Position numbers and translations under genes: made by a program
The notes under the pieces: model-generated
What the model was told of the DNA's origin: nothing
Seen by the model: the letters and a program-made list of their open reading frames with translations, nothing else
Database searches by the model: none
In this document: one piece after another, positions 31,682 to 39,437 of the stretch
Position numbering within the stretch: position 1 is the stretch's first letter
Layout of the letters: every line of letters starts with the position of its first letter
IMG/VR virus record: IMGVR_UViG_3300045988_154277
Strand: one strand, 5' to 3'
DNA: 64,000 nt
Source of the DNA: a virus

Positions 31682-31690
31682 TCAAAATTT

Positions 31691-32047
31691 AAACATTACT
31701 GAACCGTATACTGGAAACAGTGTGCGTGCATAGACCCTTTAATTGTCTGGGAGTTCCTAAAGCCTGTTGGACCACAACGTGACTTGTAAAAGTGAGCGTG
31801 ATGGTGACGAAAGTAGAAAGAATCAACAGGATGTCTCATGCTGCAATAAAAGTCTACTTCTAGTAGATGCTAAAAGACAGTAACAATGGATAATCAGCAG
31901 CCGAGATCCTTCACGGAGGATCAGGTTCATCGACTAGACCTGAGAAGGTCGTACCCCTCAAGTGAGGCTGCGGAAATAAGGGTCCGCTAAACGTATCGTA
32001 AGATACGCATGTGTGAGATATAGTCAGTACATCATGCGAAACGCATG
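31691..32047 (+). ncRNA. group I intron B (ORF-less), homologous to intron A along its whole length
   Basis: R: TTCATCGACTAGACC (31932-31937 is GACTAG). S: GAGATATAGTCAG (32021-32025 is TAGTC), nearly identical to Tetrahymena AAGAUAUAGUCGG. P9: CATGCG aaa CGCATG (32033-32047). Aligns with intron A from AACATTA onward. Confidence 0.65.
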
Positions 32048-33241
32048 AGCTGGGTAACCATTCCCGGGACGGAAGTAACGACTCCGTCTGAACACAAAAG
32101 CGTAAGTATCCACCTCTCTCACTACCTTCCCACTGAGAAGTGTGAAGTGTCTCGTCTTCGTACAGGTTACGAGAAGATCGTAGCCCATCGTTGTAATCCT
32201 CCCTTCGCTTATGCTGCAGAAGCAGATGGTGTGATCGAAGCTATCGATCAGGAAGCGAAGATCCTTCGTGTGAAGTACAAAGATAAAACCGTTGCCGTAT
32301 CGTTCGGTGATGATTACACTAAGAACGGCGGTGGTGGATTCTACTGTACTCAGAACATCGTAATCAACGGATACGAAGAAGGAGATAAGGTCAAGCGTGG
32401 AGATATTATCATCTACAACGACCGGTTCTTCACTCCTGATCCGTACAGCAAACAAGTCAATTGGAACATCGGTGTGTTGAAAGACGTCGTTCTTATCGAC
32501 GGTGACAGTACACTGGATGACAGTTGCATCATGGATCATGATCTTGCTAAGGATCTTGCATTCAACCCTGTCCATATCCGTGACATCGTGGTCACCAAGA
32601 AGACTACGATCCACAAATATGCATCCATAGGAACAGAGGTCAAATCGATCGATCCTCTGATGATCTTCGACCAGTCGGAACTGAATGAAGATATGTTCGG
32701 TGGACTGGATGAAGATGCGATCCGTCTGTTGGGTAAGATCAACAAGAGAACTCCGAAAGCCAAGTTCACTGGTAAAGTAGTCGCACTGGATGCGTTCTAC
32801 ATCGGAGGGATCCAAGACATGGCTCCTGGTGTTCGTGGGTTGGTCAGTCTGATCAACAAGATGAAATATCAGAAACACCAAGCTGCGAAAGGAACTGTCA
32901 ACCAGGACAACTACCCTGTTTCTCAGAACATCACTCAGTCCAACCGGATCGGTATGACCGAACTGGATGAAGAGACGGTGATCTTCCGGTTCTATATCCA
33001 GCAGGATATGAAGATGAACGGTGGAGACAAAGTGGAGTTCGATAGTTCCTTGAAATCCGTCTGCACAGGTATCTCGAACAACTCCTGGGTGAGTGAAGAT
33101 GGTTCGTTGGTAGGACATGCTCTGTTCTCCACGATCGGTATCGACAACCGTATCATCAACTCTCCTAAGATCGAAGGGATGTGCAACAAGATCTTGGAGA
33201 CTGCGGAACAACAGATCCTCAAGATGTATTTCGAAGAGTGA
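32048..33241 (+). CDS. multisubunit RNA polymerase beta-like subunit, 3' exon (about 398 codons; exact 3' splice site uncertain by a few nt)
   Basis: Matches to E. coli beta: [32 protein letters not shown] versus [58 protein letters not shown] versus [43 protein letters not shown]...NKILET versus GDKMAGRHGNKGVISKI...GQILET. The ATG at 32045 used by the ORF track lies inside intron P9. Confidence 0.6.
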   Translation, partial: [397 protein letters not shown]

Positions 33242-33246
33242 ATAAG

Positions 33247-33284
33247 GTACTGTAGGGTGATGGATGTCCATCACCCTACAGTAC
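33247..33284. terminator. perfect 38-nt palindrome hairpin
   Basis: GTACTGTAGGGTGATGGA tg TCCATCACCCTACAGTAC. Confidence 0.5.
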
Positions 33285-33288
33285 AACT

Positions 33289-33672
33289 TCACAGTTTGTA
33301 GTAGATCTCCGATTCATCATACGGAGTATTGTCCTTGATCCAATAAGACCAGAACCGTTGAAGTTTCGTCTTACCATACCGGAAGAACGACACTTGTTCG
33401 ATCTCCACGAACCCACGGATCGTTTTTGTTTTATCCCCCTTGACACGGGTTGGAGGATCGTATCGCAACGCGTACGTCAAGATCTTGGTATCACGTTTCA
33501 ACGACTCCTTGAAGAAATACGTCGTCAGGACTCGCTGACGGATCGCATGACCCAAGAACTTCTGTAGGATCGGTCCGATCTTGGCTGTGTCGTTCGTGTG
33601 GAATGCTCCGAACCGATAGCTGGATCGGAGGTGCTGGTCCATAGCGGACAAAGTACGGTAGACGTAGAACAT
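33289..33672 (-). CDS. hypothetical protein (127 aa; start at MFYVYRTL)
   Basis: ORF track gives 33289-33798. AAGGAG RBS precedes the ATG at 33672, which sits 2 nt after the TGA of the upstream gene. Confidence 0.5.
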   Translation of the reverse strand: MFYVYRTLSAMDQHLRSSYRFGAFHTNDTAKIGPILQKFLGHAIRQRVLTTYFFKESLKRDTKILTYALRYDPPTRVKGDKTKTIRGFVEIEQVSFFRYGKTKLQRFWSYWIKDNTPYDESEIYYKL

Positions 33673-33674
33673 CC

Positions 33675-34112
33675 TCAACTCCTTAAGATTGTTGTATAAT
33701 TGGTCTGATCGACATGTTTCAATTTCACGATATCCGTATTCGTAAGCCAGTCGTAAGTCCAGTTCAGGCAGAGCATATCGTCTTCTGACTTCCCCCATAC
33801 GAATGATACACGGATCTCAGCTTGTCCGCAGAGGACGCCTTGCTCAGCAACCTGTTCTTGATACCGGCAGATCTTGTTGATGTCGTATGCATATACCGTA
33901 TACTGCTTGAACTTCAAGAAGTGATACAGGTTCGTAAACTCTCGGTTGATGAGTTGTTCCAACTCATCCAGTCGTACACGACGAGTGAGCATATTCTTGC
34001 TCTTATCGTAGAGAAGATCTGGTCGTTTACGGATCTTCAGCCCGATCTGGTCAGTCGTGTAGTGGATCGCTTGCGTGATGGTGGTGTTCTCCTTGTCTGT
34101 TTTCGTTGTCAT
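33675..34112 (-). CDS. hypothetical protein (145 aa)
   Basis: ORF; stop abuts the next ATG. Confidence 0.5.
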   Translation of the reverse strand: MTTKTDKENTTITQAIHYTTDQIGLKIRKRPDLLYDKSKNMLTRRVRLDELEQLINREFTNLYHFLKFKQYTVYAYDINKICRYQEQVAEQGVLCGQAEIRVSFVWGKSEDDMLCLNWTYDWLTNTDIVKLKHVDQTNYTTILRS

Positions 34113-34223
34113 GTTTTGATTCCTCTTGTGTTGTGGTTGAGTGTACTTAATGGTGTGAGTAACTTAAGTATTTACCAACTACGATTCACCCTATGCGAAC
34201 AAACTTAACATAGGAGAATAACG

Positions 34224-35588
34224 ATGAATATTCTGAGTGACATGGACACATTCGACAGTGGTGACAACCCGAATTTCAACACGGGAACACTGCTCGATCT
34301 ACCCACTGGTAAATACGTACAAGGTGTGGATGATGAGTGGTATCTAACCGGTGGATTACCGATGCACATCACGGTATTCGGTGGTCGTAATGGACATTTC
34401 AAGAGTACGATCACCAACGCTTGTGCTCAACGTATCACCGCGATCTATCCGGACAGTGACCTGATCGTGGAGGATACGGAAGACAGTCTCACCAAAGACA
34501 AAGACCGCGCTTATGCGATGGCTGAAGAGCTGGCTCCGCAAGTGAATAAGAATAACGTTCAGTGGTTGAAAGGCATCGACTACGATCTCGACAGCTTCGA
34601 TAAGTGGTTCAAAGACTACTGTATCAAGAAAGAAGCCAATGCCAAAGATCTCATGGTGGAAACTCCGTTCTACGATGAGAAGACTCAAAAACCTCTTCGT
34701 GTGATGATCCCCACCACGATGATGATGGACAGCATCACTGAACTGGTAACCGCAGTGGAAGAGGACATGGTCAACGGTGAGAAGACTCAAGGGATCGGTG
34801 ACCCGAAGAACAATACTGTCGCTATGGTGGATGGCAACAAGAAAACACTGTGGATCCGAACCATGCGTCGTCGTTGTCAGAAGTACGGGATCATCTTCGT
34901 TGGTACAGGACATTACGATAAGATCCTAGAGATGGATCCTTACTCACCGACTCCCAAAGAGACCATCGTCGGGAAACAGTCGTATAAGTTGAAACGCTGC
35001 GGTAGCAATCTCAAGTTCCTAGCATCCATCTATGCGATCACCAACGCTACCCTCCTTGTCGATAGCAACAAAGAACCGCTTTACGACGATGGTACTTCTG
35101 CATCGAAGGATATCTTCCAAGTGGATGTTACGTTGGAACGTTGTAAGACAGCTTGCTCTGGAACAACAACTCCGTTCGTTGCATCGCAGACCAAAGGATT
35201 CCTGAATGCTGTTACCAACTACCACTACCTCAGACTGAACAACTACTTCGGTCTGAACGGCAACAAGCAAAAGCAGCAACCGTTCCTGATGCCAGATACT
35301 ACGATCTCTCGCAATACCGTTCGTCAGATCGCAGGATCCTCTCCTCAAGTGAGACGTGCACTGGAACTGGCTGCACAGTACTGCTTCATCAAGAACAACT
35401 GGAACACAAGAGATCTTCATGTGGATTTCAGTATGGATCCTGCCAAGGTCTTCGATATCCTGAACAGCGATAAGAAGAAGACATTGGTTCAAGACATCCT
35501 CAACACCAGAGGATACTGGACCTATGGTCAGTGTGACATCCCATACATGAGTCTGATCCGCATGTTGGAGCTTGTAAAACAAGGATAA
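34224..35588 (+). CDS. RecA-superfamily recombinase, UvsX-like (454 aa)
   Basis: TVFGGRNGHFKST resembles the non-canonical UvsX P-loop (GPSKSFKS type); a second block MIPTTMMMDSITEL. AGGAGA RBS. Confidence 0.4.
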   Translation: MNILSDMDTFDSGDNPNFNTGTLLDLPTGKYVQGVDDEWYLTGGLPMHITVFGGRNGHFKSTITNACAQRITAIYPDSDLIVEDTEDSLTKDKDRAYAMAEELAPQVNKNNVQWLKGIDYDLDSFDKWFKDYCIKKEANAKDLMVETPFYDEKTQKPLRVMIPTTMMMDSITELVTAVEEDMVNGEKTQGIGDPKNNTVAMVDGNKKTLWIRTMRRRCQKYGIIFVGTGHYDKILEMDPYSPTPKETIVGKQSYKLKRCGSNLKFLASIYAITNATLLVDSNKEPLYDDGTSASKDIFQVDVTLERCKTACSGTTTPFVASQTKGFLNAVTNYHYLRLNNYFGLNGNKQKQQPFLMPDTTISRNTVRQIAGSSPQVRRALELAAQYCFIKNNWNTRDLHVDFSMDPAKVFDILNSDKKKTLVQDILNTRGYWTYGQCDIPYMSLIRMLELVKQG

Positions 35589-35595
35589 TACATAT

Positions 35596-35633
35596 CTAAC
35601 ACTAGAGTGGCAACAACACCACTCTAGTGTTAG
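35596..35633. terminator. 15-bp stem hairpin
   Basis: CTAACACTAGAGTGG caacaaca CCACTCTAGTGTTAG. Confidence 0.5.
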
Positions 35634-35640
35634 ATGTTTA

Positions 35641-36108
35641 TTACGCGGGGATGAAGTAGAAGAGTTTCATCCGATTCGGTGTCTCGGTGGTAACGATGTG
35701 TGTCACACAATACATAAGACGTCCATCCGAAGCGGAGAACTTTTGTTTGCGGATCAGGATCTGACCCTGCATCTGCTCGATGGTATCACCCTCTTCCAGA
35801 TGATCTTTCTGAGCACACCAGTCGGTCCAGAGAGATTCTGTGATCGCAACTGCGTTGCTCGGAACAGAAGGATGCTGGTGATCACTGAAGAACAGTCCGT
35901 CTTCCCAGTAGTAATTGTTACCACTGCCAGGTTCGTTGGTCACGTGTTTGAGCGCCAGTTCCACCGTATCCACAAGACTGAGGATCTTGTTGTCCACAAC
36001 AGCACGACTTGCGGTACTGATGTCGCTCACCATCTCACCAGCGAGAACGGTCTTGATGTACGCTTCCACAGTCTGTTTCAGCTGTGCCTTGAATTGTTCT
36101 TTCGTCAT
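35641..36108 (-). CDS. hypothetical protein (155 aa)
   Basis: ORF divergent from the fibre operon. Confidence 0.5.
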   Translation of the reverse strand: MTKEQFKAQLKQTVEAYIKTVLAGEMVSDISTASRAVVDNKILSLVDTVELALKHVTNEPGSGNNYYWEDGLFFSDHQHPSVPSNAVAITESLWTDWCAQKDHLEEGDTIEQMQGQILIRKQKFSASDGRLMYCVTHIVTTETPNRMKLFYFIPA

Positions 36109-36148
36109 AGAAGAACTCCAAACGACCCCCAGCTGATATTCCTCGCAT

Positions 36149-36157
36149 GGGGGGGGG
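36149..36157. repeat. G9 homopolymer tract in the divergent promoter region of the fibre operon
   Basis: GCATGGGGGGGGGTAAGCC between the gene starts at 36108 (minus) and 36288 (plus). Confidence 0.9.
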
Positions 36158-36287
36158 TAAGCCGCCCCATACTTGGTTCACGAATGTGTTCTATACCATG
36201 CTTCTGTACCTCTGATCACAGCCTCGTCTAACGCCATGCTATGGCTCAAAACTACCTTGAAAAACCAAGCACATAAGGAGCTTAGAT

Positions 36288-37526
36288 ATGTCTACTGCGC
36301 CTATCCCACCTGTGGTGCGTTCTCCCCTCGTAAGGGATGTGACAGACGCATCGCAGAACAGATCGAAGCAGTTCATCCCCTCCGCATACGCCGTCGGCAA
36401 ACTGTTCACCGGCGTTACGTTGAAGGATGACATCGATCTGGATACTTACGTGGCACCAGGTGTGTCGCGTGTGAATACGTATAAAAACGGACCTCCGGTT
36501 ACCAGTCCTGGTTATCTGGTGATCCACACCGTGAACCCGGATGAGGATAAGAGTACCCTCAAGTATCGGTATCGTCAGATCTACTATCCAGACAGCACCA
36601 CGGAGACAACTCCCTATACTCGTGTGGGTAACAGCACGAATGGAACTACTATCACTTGGTCTGTGTGGACCACGATGGGTGGTAACTGGGTATGTGAGAT
36701 CTTGGGTGGTAACAAAACTGGTATCGTCAACTACATGTACCACTCGTTCAACAGCTGGACGCTTACCCTGCCTGATCCTAAACTGTATGTAACAGGAACC
36801 AGGATCGGATTGACCCAGTGGGTGAACAACGGTAAGGTGGTCTGGGGAACGAACGAACAGGTCACAACCCCTGATATCTCTGAAGAAGGAACTGTGGTTG
36901 GTGCCCTTCAATATATTTTTCAGATTGTACCTAAAAAACAACCGGATGGTAGTAGTGTAAACATATGGGCTCTGGATGTAGACAACAACATCGATGGTAC
37001 CGTCGAAAAGTTGGTGGAGAACTTCCAGAGCAAGGTCGATACGATCAATACCACGATCACGAACCTTACGAACCGCGTTGCTAAAGAAGAACAGACCCGT
37101 GCTTCAGAGGACACTGCGATCCGTAATGAGTTCCGTGCAGCAGATACTGCATTAGAGAACGATTTGAATGCGAAAATCGAAAAGAAGCAGCGTTTGATGA
37201 AGCACTTCATCAATGTAACTAACGCAACAGTTACGAATGGTTCTGGAAACTACGATATATCCGAGTTCGACTATACGCTGGAAGTGATCGCTAATGGAAC
37301 CATTTCAATCTATCCATCCAGCTCCGGAAATGCAGGACCGCATGGCGCACGACTTGTGTTGCATCTTCATCCAGGAATCACCACCGTTGTCAAATACATC
37401 AAGGGGGGACCTGAATATGCAGAGGAAACATTCCAAAACACAAGCACGTCCGATATCCTTGTTATCGATATGCAACTTACATACGTTAACAACACAACGA
37501 CGTGGACTGTCCTGGAAGTAGGATGA
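36288..37526 (+). CDS. tail fibre / receptor-binding-like protein (412 aa)
   Basis: AAGGAG RBS; Thr/Asn/Gly-rich beta-type sequence with a central coiled segment (NLTNRVAKEEQTRASEDTAIRNEFRAAD); located in the fibre locus. Confidence 0.5.
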   Translation: MSTAPIPPVVRSPLVRDVTDASQNRSKQFIPSAYAVGKLFTGVTLKDDIDLDTYVAPGVSRVNTYKNGPPVTSPGYLVIHTVNPDEDKSTLKYRYRQIYYPDSTTETTPYTRVGNSTNGTTITWSVWTTMGGNWVCEILGGNKTGIVNYMYHSFNSWTLTLPDPKLYVTGTRIGLTQWVNNGKVVWGTNEQVTTPDISEEGTVVGALQYIFQIVPKKQPDGSSVNIWALDVDNNIDGTVEKLVENFQSKVDTINTTITNLTNRVAKEEQTRASEDTAIRNEFRAADTALENDLNAKIEKKQRLMKHFINVTNATVTNGSGNYDISEFDYTLEVIANGTISIYPSSSGNAGPHGARLVLHLHPGITTVVKYIKGGPEYAEETFQNTSTSDILVIDMQLTYVNNTTTWTVLEVG

Positions 37527-37551
37527 TCTATCTAAATAAGGACACAACATC

Positions 37552-39369
37552 ATGCCTAATGATTTTATCACAACAAGAACCCCAGGTTCCCGTACTTCAA
37601 CGTACGGACTGGCGGATCACATAGCGGATACAAATGCTAATCCGCATCCTCAGTATCTGCTGAAGGACGATTACATCACTGGTGGTGCTGTAACTGACGG
37701 TAAATTGGAAGCACATATCAAAGATCTCAATGCACACGCTGGCGTACTCGCTTCGATCCAAATGCTGAACAACTATGTGTTGATATCGAAGTTCACTGAG
37801 CTCTTGAGTGCGAATCTGTATCATGATTATGCAAACGACAGTAGCGAAGCACATGCTGCATCTATGTCTGCTGTGAATGGCGCATATGGTGCAGCGCTGA
37901 CTGCGCTGAGCCAACATACGGTTCAGTATGCACAAAATGCCGCAGTAACAGGGCATCGTGATTCTGAGAACCAAGAGCTGTATGCACATCGAGTGCATAC
38001 ACATACATTGGAAGAACTGGGTGGAGCTACCAGTTTGCTCCCAGATCTGGATAAGAGGTATTCTCAACTTGGTCATAACCACGATGACCGATATGCTCTT
38101 ATCACACACTACCACAACTACCTTGCGCAGTCTGATCTTGAATCAGTCGGTATCTATCCGAACACGACGATCGGTATCGCTGGTACTGATACAGAGACTG
38201 GTGCTGTTACCGATCCGTTTGATTTCAATGACGAGACGCAACAGGGGAATGTTTCGATATCTCCTACTGTGATGTCTTCTGCGTTGAACAAACCAGACAT
38301 CACAACTCCGAGTGCCGCTTCGTTTTTGAATATCACCACAGAGATAACCTCTGCTGACAAAGAAGACGATAGTGATACTACCATCTACGGAGAACGGTAT
38401 GTGTCTCAGTCTTTGACCACCGATAATGGCATCTACTACCGTATCGGTCATCGTGCTGCTGGTTCATTGGCTGAAGGTCAGGATGAGTCTGCTCTCTGGA
38501 CTTGGAGTGATTGGCAACCTGTTGGTGGAGGTTCGAAGGATATCTTCGAGGTGTTTTACTCGACATCAACGGCTACACCAAGAGGCGCATTTCCACTGTG
38601 GACTGGTGAGATGATCACGAACTGTAAAACGCTATATCCGACGTTCTACCAGAAAGCGCTGGAATATCAAACCAGCGGTAAGATCCGAGTGGTTACCCCC
38701 ACTGTTTACGAACAAGAGCTGACTACGTACGGTGAGTGTGGTGCATTCGTGATCGACACAGCGACTGGTAACATTCGTCTTCCGAAGATCACAAGATTTA
38801 TCAGTTCTTTGGATGCGGTTGGTGATATCGGCGTCGCGAAGAACGATATGCTTGTTGACCACACTCACACAAATGATTACACAAATGTCAGTGGCAACGC
38901 ATCCCCGACTGCTGATGGAGTTCATGGTAGTGCCATGCCTGCAGAACGCGCAACTAGAAACACTACAGTGTCTGCAAGTAATTCTAAAACCACAGTTGGT
39001 AATGAAGTCCAACCCAAACACGTTCGTTTGGCGCTGTACATCCAGGTGTACAACTCGATTACGGCATCTGCGATCACTGATCTGGATGCTCGTGTTGGTG
39101 TGCTGGAACAAAATGCGATCATGTTCGCAAGACATGATTTCACAGCATCCCAGTGGAACGATAACAGTGATGGTACCTTCACTTATACGTTCAATACGAA
39201 CCACTTCACTTCATCTCACATTTACATGAATGAGACAGGAGGGTCGGTCCTTGTTGATGAATCCGTAGAAGTGCATATTGAGGGTCCAACTGAAACTGAC
39301 GCATCTTCGCGTAAAGTCAGATTGGTCTCCCCACAGCGGTTCTCCGGATACATCATCACATTGGGGTAA
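37552..39369 (+). CDS. tail fibre protein with His-box repeats (605 aa)
   Basis: NANPHPQY, LNAHAG, HRVHTHTLEE, LGHNHDDRYALITHYHNY motifs. Its internal module GAFPLWTGEMITNCKTLYPTFYQKALEYQTSGKIRVV...YGECGAFVID...IRLPKIT is shared with the 5535-6573 gene. Confidence 0.6.
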   Translation: MPNDFITTRTPGSRTSTYGLADHIADTNANPHPQYLLKDDYITGGAVTDGKLEAHIKDLNAHAGVLASIQMLNNYVLISKFTELLSANLYHDYANDSSEAHAASMSAVNGAYGAALTALSQHTVQYAQNAAVTGHRDSENQELYAHRVHTHTLEELGGATSLLPDLDKRYSQLGHNHDDRYALITHYHNYLAQSDLESVGIYPNTTIGIAGTDTETGAVTDPFDFNDETQQGNVSISPTVMSSALNKPDITTPSAASFLNITTEITSADKEDDSDTTIYGERYVSQSLTTDNGIYYRIGHRAAGSLAEGQDESALWTWSDWQPVGGGSKDIFEVFYSTSTATPRGAFPLWTGEMITNCKTLYPTFYQKALEYQTSGKIRVVTPTVYEQELTTYGECGAFVIDTATGNIRLPKITRFISSLDAVGDIGVAKNDMLVDHTHTNDYTNVSGNASPTADGVHGSAMPAERATRNTTVSASNSKTTVGNEVQPKHVRLALYIQVYNSITASAITDLDARVGVLEQNAIMFARHDFTASQWNDNSDGTFTYTFNTNHFTSSHIYMNETGGSVLVDESVEVHIEGPTETDASSRKVRLVSPQRFSGYIITLG

Positions 39370-39372
39370 TTA

Positions 39373-39379
39373 CCCCCCC
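39373..39379. repeat. C7 homopolymer tract between the fibre gene and the LRR gene
   Basis: GGGGTAATTACCCCCCCTCAG. Lies inside the 123-nt start-codon-free open leader of the LRR frame. Confidence 0.9.
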
Positions 39380-39437
39380 TCAGTTTAAATATACGCTTAT
39401 TGACTGGGGCGGGGTAACCGCTGCTCGCATCACAGGG

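Noticed and set aside
31273-32044. Possibility that the ORF-free 770 nt encodes tRNAs or a CRISPR array
   Set aside because: There are no direct repeats with spacers and no cloverleaf-like segments. The conserved elements match group I intron P, Q, R and S boxes instead.
32045-32047. ATG used by the ORF track as the start of a separate 398-aa gene
   Set aside because: It lies inside the P9 hairpin (CATGCG aaa CGCATG) of group I intron B, with no RBS. The protein is the continuation of the beta gene.
32024-33292. 422-aa minus-strand ORF opposite the RNAP beta 3' exon; 28219-28959 minus-strand ORF inside exon 1
   Set aside because: The plus-strand frames carry recognisable beta motifs; the minus frames do not.
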